DNA of 64,000 nucleotides from assembly GCF_001194135.2 (NCBI RefSeq), contig NC_068994.1:29038681-29102680 (forward strand), given 5' to 3'. The DNA comes from Octopus bimaculoides (taxonomy: Eukaryota). Position numbers and translations under genes: made by a program. The notes under the pieces are model-generated. The model ran no database searches. It saw only the letters and a list, made by a program, of their open reading frames with translations, and had not been told where the DNA came from. Positions 11,673 through 24,307 of the stretch are shown here, in pieces (position 1 is the stretch's first letter; every line of letters begins with the position of its first letter).

Positions 11673-12668
11673 TTGGGACATCCCATAAATAATACGGTTT
11701 TTTTTAATTGCATGAACTAAAAGTCAGAGGGGGATGGGATAAACTACTTGCATCAACTTGCTATAAAAGACGGCAGTAATTTTACTTTATATTTATTCTT
11801 AGTGCAAGTTTTGAAGAGTGCAGTTCGATTTTAACAGTTCTTTTTTCAAAGCTATAATGGAAGTGACAAAGGAGCATATTTTGCTTTATGAGTTCAATAA
11901 AAGCAACAATGCAATGGAAAGTGTGAGGAATATTAATGCAGTATATGGGAATTGAACAATAAGTGTAAGCCAGTGTCAACGGTGGTTCCAGAAATTCTGA
12001 GCTGGAAACTATAGCCTCTAGATGAGCCTCATCCTAGAAGATCTGTAGAGTTCGATGAGGATGTCCTGCTAACTCTGGTGGAACAAAATCTCATCGTAAC
12101 TGTTGAGGAACTAACAGAGAAGCTTGGATTTGGTCATTCAACCATTCGTTGACACCTGCGTGCCATTGGAAAAGTTAGTAAATTTGGTCAATGAGTTCCT
12201 CACAAGCTTTCCGTGCAGAGAGTGAATGTGTGCTCTTCTTTGCTGTCACGTCTCACCAATGAACCTTTTTGGACAGAATAGTGACTGTTGATGAGAAATG
12301 GGTTCTCTATAGAAATGTCAAGCACTGATGGGTAGAGAAAGGAGAAACACTGGCACTCTAGGCTAAAGAAAGTCTTCACCTATGTAAGGTGTTGTTATCT
12401 GTTTTGGTGGAATATGAAACAATAACAAAGGAAATCTACTGCGAGCAGCTTGAGCAGCTTAAGTCAGCACTAGAAGAAAAACGACCATCTTTGGTTTCAA
12501 GATGAAAGGTGTTATTTTGGAAGAGGTGCCTTGCGAGCCTACCAGATAGATGGAAGAGCATTGTAGAAAATGAAGGAGAGTATATTTTAGATTAAAAAAG
12601 AACTTTATCTTAATTTTGAAAAATAAAAGAAGTATAAAAAAAAACACATTATTTATAGGATGACCCAA
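11673..12668 (+). mobile_element. Mariner transposon, decayed with internal deletions
   Basis: TIRs TTGGGACATCCCATAAATAAT / ATTATTTATAGGATGACCCAA (19/21 match), TA on both sides; transposase remnant QCQRWFQKF..GNYSL..., HLRAIGKVSKFGQ*VPHKL (WVPHEL motif), RIVTVDEKWVLY. Confidence 0.9.
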
Positions 12669-12924
12669 TATATATATTGTTGTATTTGAGGATGGTCATG
12701 TTGCCAGTTTAGCCAATAAAAACATACACACTGTATATTTGGTGTTCCCTTGCTTCAGCTTTATTTTATATTGATTGTATTGTATAAACCTGAAGCAAAT
12801 GAACACCAAATATATAGTGCGTGTGTTTTTATTGGCTAAACTGGCAACATGACCATCCCCAAATACAACAATATCTGTTTCAACACACGAATTCACATTG
12901 AGAATCTTGCAAATGAATATATAA

Positions 12925-12945
12925 ACGTATATATATATACATATA

Positions 12946-13039
<94 letters not shown>

Positions 13040-13046
13040 AGCATAA

Positions 13047-13091
<45 letters not shown>

Positions 13092-13145
13092 TATAATATA
13101 TACTGCATACATACATATACATATACACAATATATATATTTATAT
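12925..13145. repeat. Long (TA)n microsatellite
   Basis: Read directly from sequence. Confidence 0.95.
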
Positions 13146-13278
13146 GCTACAAATGAGAAATCTGCAAGACCTTAAGATTTAAAGGATGATGGTTTAAATA
13201 AGATATTTTCCTTCACAACCTTGCTACCAAATAAATGACTGGTCAAAATTAACTCTAAATTAAAAAGAAAAAGAGAAG

Positions 13279-13317
<39 letters not shown>

Positions 13318-13484
13318 GCACACACACACTATACACATATATACACACTAAGGAAAACTGATTAAAAAAGTAGGATAGCAACAAATGTATTGAGTTGTGA
13401 TTTATCTTCAAGAATTTGGCTTGTTGCTCCTATGGCATATGTCAGTGAATTCTGTCAGAGTTTATGCAGAAGCTCTACAAATAA

Positions 13485-13518
<34 letters not shown>

Positions 13519-13652
13519 AAAAAAAAACTATGTCTTCATTTTGCTTGGAATATTTCATTAAACGGTAATTATTTGAAGCTATGTCTGAAGTGGAAGGAAG
13601 TAGAATTAAATATGTCTTGTTTGTTTTGATTTTCTTTTAACTCAATGAAATG

Positions 13653-13686
<34 letters not shown>

Positions 13687-13989
13687 ATAGATACTTTGTG
13701 GCTCAGTTGCTTGATCATGTCAGAAAAGGAACTGTAAGACATGAAGAATACCCTCGAGAAAATTAAGGAATATTGCTTACAATCTTTCCAACTTTTATAA
13801 TTGACCAACTCTGTCCCCCAAAACTATTATACATAACACTGCAGCTATGTTTCACATTTAATAATTAGAACAAACCCTATCATTATTACAATATATTTAT
13901 AAAACCTATATTGCCAACATATCCAGTGGTCATTGATACCTCAATTTCACATAAGTTGCTCAGAGTGTGTGTGTAGTGTACACACATAC

Positions 13990-14300
13990 ATAGCCTTGGG
14001 CCAACCAAAGCTTTGAGTGGATTTGGTAGATGGAAACTGAAAGAAGTCCATTGTGTGTGTGTGTGTATGTATATCTGTATGTGTGTTTCTGTTTGTCACC
14101 CCCCACCCATCACTTGACAACCAGTGTTGGTGTGTTTACATCCTTGTAACTCAGTGGTTTGGTAAAAGAGGTTGATAGAATAAGTACCAGGTTTAAAAAA
14201 AAAGTACTGGGGTCGATTCATTTGACTAAAGACTTCAAAGCAATGCCCTAGCATAGCTGCAGTCTAATGACTGGAACAAGTAAAAGACAAAAGATAAAAA
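13990..14300 (+). mobile_element. Family-B SINE body and 3' end with internal (TG)n
   Basis: tagccttgggccaaccaaagctttgagtggatttggtagatggaaactgaaagaag ... gatagaataagtacc ... tactggggtcgat ... gactggaacaagtaaaaga. Confidence 0.8.
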
Positions 14301-15094
14301 GATATATATATATATATATATATAACAAGGGTGCTTTTTCCTTCTTGCAATTTTGCTGAGGTAAGGTGGAATCCTTATTTCACTTAGTTTTCTTTCCCAA
14401 CCATGCCTGTGAAAATCTAGAGTTAACTTTTGTGGCTTACTAACATTATTATCTTTCATGAGTATTAATGTTCTGTATATATATATATATATTAATAAAT
14501 TATAGGGTAGCAAAAAAATTTTAGAAATTTTAGAAATTTTATTTACCACCAGTGGTCTAGCGAGAGTAAAAAAACAGTCAATAGACTATGTAAAAAAACA
14601 ATGAATATATATATATATATGTATATACACACACACACACATACATATATACATACATACATATATATAAATATATATATATATTTATATATATATATAT
14701 ATATATNNNNNNNNNNTATTCATTGAAGAGAAATCTATATACATACAGCAGCACTGTTTAAAACTAGTGTTATGCATACATGTGTGTGTGCTGTATGTAT
14801 ATAGATTTCTCTTCAATGAATTCTCCAGTGAAGGAAACCACTATTAAACTCATAACATTTCTTTCTTCAATCAACCGAAAACTGCCAAACTGACCAGCAT
14901 AGCTGAATAATCACAAAATAGTTTTAATAGTTCTGAGTTCAAATCCTATTGCAGTAACCTTAGTTCTGTTTCCTAGATTGATAAAATAAACATTCATAAT
15001 TTATTCATTCATGCACACATACACACACACTACTTGATGGGATGTAAAATACTCTCCCCTCCCATGTCTTAAAAAGTCACTCTAGGCCCTAAAT

Positions 15095-15215
15095 GCAAAG
15101 TTGGACATACCATAAGCATTAATGCACAAAACCCATTTTTTCCCCTGAATGTGCCCAGCTGAAATTGAGATATTTTTAATATGTCCTTGTGTCTTTTATG
15201 CCATCAAATATGATA
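15095..15215. mobile_element. Fragment of pogo/Tc2-like MITE end
   Basis: gtcttttatgccatcaaatatg(a/g)ta terminus and flanking body shared with 23090-23197. Confidence 0.55.
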
Positions 15216-15548
15216 AATGCATATACATATATAATTACAGTGTATTCCAGCTATCAATTGTCTGTATGTAGATGTTTTATTTTAAATGAGAAAATCATAC
15301 ATACATGATATATTTGAAATTATTCAAGTCTTAAATGTATTATTTTGAGACTCTGCTTGAAGATTTATGCATGGAGGATGATCTAAATGTATGTATATTT
15401 CTATTATGAATTTAATACATTTATATTATTAATACTAATATTAATATTTATATTCATAAAATGTATTTTCCATATTGTAATGAAACATGTGTAACAGCAT
15501 TAAAGTGATACCACATATTCAAGTCTTTCTTTTGATAAATATACACAT

Positions 15549-15604
<56 letters not shown>

Positions 15605-15608
15605 GTAC

Positions 15609-15647
<39 letters not shown>

Positions 15648-16811
15648 TGTGTGTGTGTGTGTGTGAGTGTGTGTGTGTGTATACATACTGGAATAAATAG
15701 AGAAGAGTAATGAATTCATATTTGGCAAAGACAAATCTCAAGACTTCATTTTGTGGTTCTCTGAACATTTAGTGAGTTGGTTCAAAGTCAAAAGAGGCTT
15801 CTAAACCAGAATTTACCAATATCAACATCCATATCAGTGTATCAAAAATAACAACAAGATCCAAGAGAACAACAAAGACCACGAAAACCACTACTACAAA
15901 CCTGTCACCAATGTTGGCACTATCACCAAAACCATCACACATCATACCGACCACCAACCAAACATTTGTTCACCACGGTTACTGTCACCACCATTATTAT
16001 TAGTGGCATTTTCTTTGTTTAAAACATTACTATTATGTACAAGTGGTCTGCTAATGACTTTAACTGTGTTGAAGCAGATCAGGCTGATAAAAAAAATATC
16101 ACTTCACCTCCTGTGAAATGTAACTAATATCCACAAGATTATGGATGGGTCTAATGTCCAATGTTAAGTCAGTCCTATGGACGGGATGATTTTGATATTT
16201 AAAGATACATGCATGCATAAATATTTACACAAACATACATGCATATAAGTGTGTGCATACATATACACACACATATATATATATATGCATGCACACACAC
16301 ACATACATATATACATACATATATGATGTTAAAATGATGAATGATGATATATATATATATATATATATANNNNNNNNNNNNNNNNNNNNNNNNNNNNNNN
16401 NNNNNNNNNNNNNNNNNNNNNNNNNNNNNNNNNNNNNNNNNNNNNNNNNNNNNNNNNNNNNNNNNNNNNNNNNNNNNNNNNNNNNNNNNNNNNNNNNNNN
16501 NNNNNNNNNNNNNNNNNNNNNNNNNNNNNNNNNNNNNNNNNNNNNNNNNNNNNNNNNNNNNNNNNNNNNNNNNNNNNNNNNNNNNNNNNNNNNNNNNNNN
16601 NNNNNNNNNNNNNNNNNNNNNNNNNNNNNNNNNNNNNNNNNNNNNNNNNNNNNNNNNNNNNNNNNNNNNNNNNNNNNNNNNNNNNNNNNNNNNNNNNNNN
16701 NNNNNNNNNNNNNNNNNNNNNNNNNNNNNNNNNNNNNNNNNNNNNNNNNNNNNNNNNNNNNNNNNNNNNNNNNNNNNNNNNNNNNNNNNNNNNNNNNNNN
16801 NNNNNNNNNNN

Positions 16812-16858
<47 letters not shown>

Positions 16859-17155
16859 CATACACAAAAATTATAAAATTTCTTTCCTAGTCTGTATTAT
16901 CACAATTGATAATAGTAATGTGAAACTCTGAGTGACAGCTTGTGAAGTTTGGAGTTTAATAAGATAAGACAGTATATATATAAATCAACTTTGTCCTCCA
17001 CCAACATTACCATACAGTCATTGGCATTGACTCTTCTATGCAAGAATTGGTCTACAGAGTCATCAATGATATTACCATAAAGGAAGTGTTCAACAAAGAA
17101 GAAAATAAATTCTTGGATACTAGATAAAGTTGCCACCGCTGATATGCATATGTAC

Positions 17156-17186
<31 letters not shown>

Positions 17187-17606
17187 ACCTGTACACTTCA
17201 CCTTCAAGAAATATATAGAGAAATGGTGTTAAAAGCTTGATTTCTCTGCTCTGTAGTATACACATATGCTACAGACCAGAGAAATTAACTATCAAAACCT
17301 TTTCACTGTGAATTTCTTGATGAAGGAGTTCTAAACCTTGAAATATTGAAATACTAATCAACCTGTATCATTAATTTTTTATAACTTGCATTGTTTTGGT
17401 ATAAAGAATTAAAACATTTATGCATATATATGTATGTGTGTGTATGTATGTATATATATATATATATACACACACACATATATGTTGAAGTGACTGACCA
17501 GATATACAGATATGTATATATATATATACACACACACACATATATGTAGGAATGTGTGTATGTATGCATGTGTGAGTGTGAGTGGATATTTGCATATATA
17601 TGTGTG

Positions 17607-17651
<45 letters not shown>

Positions 17652-17669
17652 CATACACACATATATATA

Positions 17670-17970
17670 TACAATGATGATGGACTCCTGTCAAAGATGG
17701 TGTATGAGGTACAGCTCTTGCCAAATGACCTGCACAAATGATTTGTTTATAGTGATCAAATGTATGTGCCATAAATTAGGTCATCCTTTCATTAAATCAA
17801 TGTTGCCTGAACAGGTGCACTGTGTGCTACACGTCAGGTGTCGGAGTGATCGCAGAGCAACATGAGATGAAGTGTTTTGCTCAAGAACACAATGCACCAT
17901 GCGGTATAGGAATTGAAATCACAATCTCACGATCGTAACACCATAACCACTAGGCAATGCATTCTCACAC
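17670..17970 (-). mobile_element. tRNA-derived SINE (family D variant)
   Basis: gcaacatgagatgaagtgttttgctcaagaacacaatgcacc ... ggaattgaaatcacaatctcacgatcg. Confidence 0.7.
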
Positions 17971-18002
17971 ACGCACATACATGAATGCACATAATAGTAT
18001 CA

Positions 18003-18049
<47 letters not shown>

Positions 18050-18051
<2 letters not shown>

Positions 18052-18492
18052 ATGATGATGATATGGGTGAAATAAATGTCGGAGATGCTACTCCGAGTTA
18101 TTGCAAGCTCTTCTGAATTCATCACAATATTGGAAACCCTTCTGTATTGTCAGTAGGTGTCTCAGGGTCACAAGTGTTTCGTATCTTAGCCTGTTGACCT
18201 CAACTGATTGGGACAGCAAGAACTGAATTAGTCTTCACCTGTAGAATGGTTTCATTTGAGGTCTCCTGTCAACCGTAGTCATCTTGAGCTGGTTTCAGCA
18301 ATCATAACTATCTCCTTGGTGGCCAGTTTTCAGTTGTCTGGATTCTAGACCAATCTTCTGCAGGAAACAGTGGAGCGACTCTGCTGGAAAGTCACACCAG
18401 CTGACTTCAATAGGGTATGAGCCCATGTGCCATCTCTTCACCTGTGCCTTTGGTGACCAAGTCCTGATATTTGTTTTTCTTCAGCTGGTGAG
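18050..18492 (-). mobile_element. HERO-like (R2 superfamily, restriction-like endonuclease) non-LTR 3' end
   Basis: Frameshifted translation HQLKKNKYQDLV..AQVKRW..YPIEVS..FPAESL...AETSSR*LRL resembles the HERO RLE C-terminus (HERKxxKYxxLV...PIEVGCRGF...ASRWLW); 3' UTR ends in (CAT)n. Confidence 0.7.
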
Positions 18493-18521
18493 AAATATGT
18501 GCGCATGCAAATATATATATG

Positions 18522-18570
<49 letters not shown>

Positions 18571-20857
18571 ACATATTTATATGATGTGAAGCATTCCATA
18601 AATTTTGCTTGAGTGCTAGATCACTATTGAAGACTTCTTCTCTGTACTATGTTGAAGGTAAGCCAGCTTTGTGGGTATGATAAACGATGTGAAATGGTAC
18701 AACCTGGAATGAAGTCTTCAATTTCCCGGAAGCTTATCACTCTCTAACATTCACACACACACATACAGTATGAAATATAAATATAAATACAATACATACA
18801 CATATATGATATTATATATAATTTATTAGATATTAGAGCTTGTTAAATTATGTACAAATATAATTATTAGAAATAGTGTTTGCAGTCATGTGTTAGGCTG
18901 TAGTAAAGAGGAAAGTGTTTGAGTGTTTCTATAATAAGTGCCTTGTGCCCTATACCAATTATTCATCACCAGTTTCACATAAATCACTGCACCAACAAAT
19001 TAACAGTCAATAACAAAAGATTTCTATTATTTTTTAATATAATTTCCATATTGCTTTGTTTTACTATTTTACACCCATATTTCCATGTAAGCGTGAGAGT
19101 AATGAGTTTTCTTTTGTTCCATTTGTGGGAGCAATTGGTTTTAGATGTGGATGTCTGTTCTATGGCTAACTATTTATCTTGGAAGCAAAATTTGACCTGC
19201 TGTCAATCAGGCAAACTTAGGTAAGCAGTATTTTGTGTCTGAACCCTAAGGGCACAACACACTGTGATATAGTAAATAAAGTTTGAACTTATGATCAAGT
19301 AAAATGATGGAGAACCCCTTCACCTGAATCATAATTTTATTTGCATCCAACTCCAAAACTGCTCTCCATTGAAGTCCTCTAAAAACCCAATTACTAAAAA
19401 TAATGGTTTAAGCTTTAAGACAAAACGGTAATTTAACACAAGTTGCATAGTAAAAATTCATTATTTTTCACAGTATAGATGCACCACCCACACAGGTTTT
19501 TTTTTCTTATACCCTTACAATTCACTCATGGTACTAAAAGATTGTTCTACACACCTAACGAAGTCCAGCACCTTAATCTCACGTCCAATGTACCTTTTGA
19601 GGTAAAAAAGAAAAAATCTATATACAAAATCTTGATATCACATTTCTACACTATCTCTGTCACAAAATGAAAACTAAGTTCAGTCATTACTCCTTTATTA
19701 GTAAACACCCCACTGTTGTTAGCAATATCTTTATTTCAAAAAATATTTCCCTACTGGTCTCTTCAGTCAACCTTTTCTGCTCTCTTTGTGTTCCATTATC
19801 ACACTTGTCTTAATTCTACATACAGATCTTGCTCTAGGGACCATACTCATTTGTATTCCACCATTTTACCATGTCTGTATCTGCTTTCCATCATCTATTT
19901 CTGTTGCTTCATATCCTGTTGTCTATGTCTTACTTTAAAAGCAATGCTGTTTTTTTTTTTAACAGACATTCTAACTGTTGACCCCACTGTAAATTCACAC
20001 TTTGACTGTTTGTCATCAGGCTTTTTTCATTTGCTGTTCCCTCCACCAATTACCTATTTCTCTTTAATGACTAAACAAAATTCTTTAGCCTCTTATCTCC
20101 ATGTAATATATAACATGCAGTTTTGGGATGGTCAAGACATTGGACTACCAATGTGCAAGCCACAAGTGCAAGGCTACTGTAGACATGTGTCTGAAACTAT
20201 GACATCTGTGAAAAGTATTTATCTGTCAGAACATTAATTCTATATTACATCAGTTCACCTAACTATTCAGAAAAGGTATTAGATCTCCTGTCAACAGGTA
20301 ACACGTCTACCATTAACAGACAACAAATCTACTTTTAATAGATGACAGATCTATTGTTAATAGGTAAAAAATCTCCTGTTTACAGGAAACTGATCTTGTG
20401 AATAGATGGCAGATGTATTTGAAGTAAGTAAAGAGAGAAAAGATTTTTCTCACATCTGTACAATGTTACAAGCTGTAGAGTTAAATACTGATTCTATAGA
20501 CTTCCATAGTTCTGACAGATATTATTCTTATAATTTTATTATATTATTACATATGTCAAATAACAATCCAGAGAGAAACCATGTCATTTTCACTAGAATC
20601 CATAATTACATTTTTTTAATATAAATTTGACAATTCATTGTAAAGCTTTATTACAAAATACAACTGGTGATTGCATAAATATTATAATTATAATCAACAT
20701 AATCATTATTTTCATTACCATCCTCACAATACCAACACCATTACCATTTTATTTAATTTACATTCAGTTCTCATCACAATTTTGTTGCTTACACTGATAC
20801 ACTTTGACACCATCTTCTACATAGTTTATGTACATGTACACACATATATGGGTGCGG

Positions 20858-21010
20858 GCATGGCCATGTGATTAAGACATTTGCTTCATAACCATGTGGT
20901 TTTGTGTTTGGATGCATAAGCCACACTTTGGGTAGCAAGTATCTGTACTAAATCTATGATCAATGGTTTGTGTGTGAAATTTGATGGATGGAAACTGCAG
21001 AAACACATTA
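20858..21010 (+). mobile_element. Family-B SINE, degenerate
   Basis: gggtgcgggcatggccatgtgattaagacatttgcttcataaccatgtgg ... ggatggaaactgcagaaac. Confidence 0.7.
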
Positions 21011-22797
21011 CACACACACATCAATAGCACCAACAGCAATGTCTACACATATATTGAGTCCTACAGTCCTACACTACATCACCACTGTACATAAAAAGAA
21101 CACAGCTAAAATCTTAAAAGTCAATTTAAATACTAAGAAATGACTGGTCAATTTTCATGGTGACTTCACACTGATAATGTTGCTAACTCAACCTCCCAAA
21201 CACTAGACTACCACTTAGGGTCAGAAAATATTTCAGACCTTAGTGATCCTTTCCAAAACTAAAGAGTTGTTCTCACATATCAAGGATGGTACTGTTGCCA
21301 CACATACATACAAACCTCCCAGGCTTCACCCATCTAAGTGATTAGTAAAGACAGATTCCCTCACCAGCACACTGCAACCTCTGAGCCAACAGATGTAATT
21401 ACTTCAACTAAAAATACAATAACCCTGCTCAACTAAATATCTTCATTAACCTACACTCTAGCTCACCCACTGCATTTACCTTTCATCATTCCCATGCTTC
21501 TTCCACTAAATCCTCCACTCAATATTTTAACTAACAGAACTATAAACTTATTGAATTATAGTGATTCAGTACTCCACAGGTACATATACTCTTAACATAT
21601 TCTTCAGGTAGAATCAATAGGACAAACTGGGCTTTTGAAGTGCAGTTCATTTGAAGTACGAGTACAGTCCATCAGGTAGCCTTCTACAGAGTGTCTGTGA
21701 AACTAATTCACTCATGAAACGTGGGTCAATCATACACAATAGTAGAAACTTGCCTAAGGTCTGCAATGTAATTGATTGAAAGATTTTATTATTGCAAAAT
21801 GGAACTTCTAAACTATTTAGCTATGTTGTAACCTTATATATACATACATATGTATGTACACTCACTCACACATTCTTTAGTTTGTTTTTAATCATCACAG
21901 CTAAGGCCATGCTTGAGCATCCTCTTCAATGCATAATCATATCCAAGTAATATATACATGTTTCATATATGTATATATATATATAATTTAAATTGCTCCA
22001 TATAGATTTAAATGTGTAGTTGCAACATATAATCACATAGTTCTATTATAAGTATTTTGTGTTTGCCAGCATGGAAGGCGGATATTAAACACTGATAATG
22101 ATGAATTAGAAATAACACACAGACATGGATATATATACATATATATGTGTGTATACACATACATATGCACATACCTCTGTAATTTGGTCCCACTTGAGAC
22201 ACCCAACCTATAAACTAACTCAATATATTCCATCAATCAACACCTTATAAGAGAGCTGTAGCAGTCTGCATTGTTAAGATGCTGTTATTTAACCATAGGT
22301 TAGCTCTGATTAAGCACTTCAGTTACAACTGTCCTGTTCTGTAATAAATTGAAAATAACATTGTCCTATGTGTCCTTTATTGTCTTTTAAAAATGAGAGG
22401 ACTTGATTTGAGTGAGATTTAACTGCTATTTCTTACAGATTGAGTGATTGTGTCAAGGCTACCTCATTTCAAATGAATTTTCACTCTTCTATATTCTGTG
22501 ATGGAGAATAGTTCTGTGTTTCTGGTAAGATAGATAAACTCTTTAACACAGATCCTGAGATATTAAAAGTTTGTGAGCTACATCTTACTGCTTAAAGGGT
22601 TAACTTTGCTGTTCTCAGTATATTTAGATGCAAACAGGTGCCATTATAATATATCCTGGGAGAAATATCTATCTACACACACACACATTGTATTTGAAGG
22701 CCAATCTCAAAGACACTGAGCTGTATGAAGATGACTAAGGCTCAAGATATCTGGTGCATTGATGTACTCAAGAAGACCTGTTCACCACAACCAAATT

Positions 22798-22990
22798 GAA
22801 ACTGGTGCTGGTGCCACATAAAAAGCACCCAGTGCACTCTGTGGAGTGGTTGGCATTAGGAAGGACATCCAGTCACAGAAACCATGTCAAAATAGACAAT
22901 GGAGCATGGTGTGGCCCCTGGCTTTACCAGCTCCAGTCAAACCATCCAACCCATGCCAGCATGGAGAATGAAAATTTAATGATGATGATC
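22798..22990 (+). mobile_element. Family-C short repeat (RTE-tail type)
   Basis: gctggtgccacataaaaagcacccagtgcactctgtggagtggttggcattagg ... ccaacccatgccagcatgg ... atgatgatgatg. Confidence 0.85.
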
Positions 22991-23197
22991 TGATGGCATA
23001 TAAGATACACTATTGTTTTTTACCAAAAAACAATGTCTAAAAAGAAAAAAATTTCTCCAAGTCCTATATGTGAAGTTGGGCCCATATTACATGCTTTAAT
23101 GCATTAAAAACTTTATCTCCCGAATATGTGCTGCTGAAATTGGGGTGCGTCTAATATGCTTGTGAGTCTTTTATGCCATCAAATATGGTATCTCTAT
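22991..23197. mobile_element. pogo/Tc2-like MITE
   Basis: Inverted termini TGATGGCATATAAGATACAC and GTGAGTCTTTTATGCCATCA; right end aaatatggTA. Confidence 0.6.
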
Positions 23198-23510
23198 CTA
23201 ACATTTAATGTCATGAAGAGTTATGGGGAGAATGCAACACATCTTGATTACAATGATCAAAGAGATAGCAGACGTATGTGCAAGGACAGCAGACGTAGGT
23301 GCACGGACAGGTTAAAATTTGAAAAGTAAACATAATCCTTGCACCTAGAAAATTAAAGGTTCCTCACTTTGACAGTTTGCACTTAAACTGACACACATAT
23401 CACTACTTTGATTGTTCTACACCCTAGTAATGCCTAGGTGAAATCCTTGAATCACAAAAAATGAATGAATGACACATAATATGATTTTCACATATGTATA
23501 TATGTATGTT

Positions 23511-23544
<34 letters not shown>

Positions 23545-23554
23545 TGTATGTATG

Positions 23555-23595
<41 letters not shown>

Positions 23596-23974
23596 NNNNN
23601 NNNNNTATATATATATATATATATGCATGTATATGTATGTATATATGATAAGAAACTGTACTCTTCATATCAACCCTTCTGATATGTTGAGTGCCAGGAT
23701 TGGGTTTCCCTTAATTCTCATGTATGAAACCACTTAGAAGTATAATACTGTATTTCATACACACACACAGATATGGAGAATACATATATGTACACATTAT
23801 TATAGCTATGATCTCAAAATATGCAACTCTGTATAGGTTTTCAACACAGACACACACTTACACATACCAGAAACATTGCATGCCCTACATGCACTATTTG
23901 CATTATGGACATAGTATACAGTCTTATGGCACAGTCTTAATTTTATAACTATTATTTTTTAGTAACTTCTTTAT

Positions 23975-24018
<44 letters not shown>

Positions 24019-24237
24019 NNNNNNNNNNGTGTGAGTGTGTGTGTGTGTGTGTGTGTGTTTGTGTGTGTGTATACACACATATATCAAGGAAATATTAATG
24101 CATTACATGGAATATAATACAGTATTGTGTTTGTTATGGAGTATAGAATAGTGATATTGAAGTTAATGACTGGTGTTCACTTTAACTTTCTGAAAGGTGA
24201 TGACAAATAGGTGTGTGTGAGTACATGTGCATGCATG

Positions 24238-24307
<70 letters not shown>

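Noticed and set aside
15482-15495. GAAACATGTGTA resembling a helix III half
   Set aside because: No upstream CTGANGA.
16199-16931. Long ORFs here and at 27317-27691, 52161-52891, 61807-62873
   Set aside because: They run through N gaps and (TA)n tracts (X and YI repeats); not coding.
19145-19226. Possible plus-strand exon (ttttag|...ttag|gtaagc)
   Set aside because: No recognisable peptide and no partner exons; such sites occur by chance.
19716-20237. 173-aa hydrophobic ORF
   Set aside because: TTG start, compositional bias from T/C-rich DNA, no motifs.
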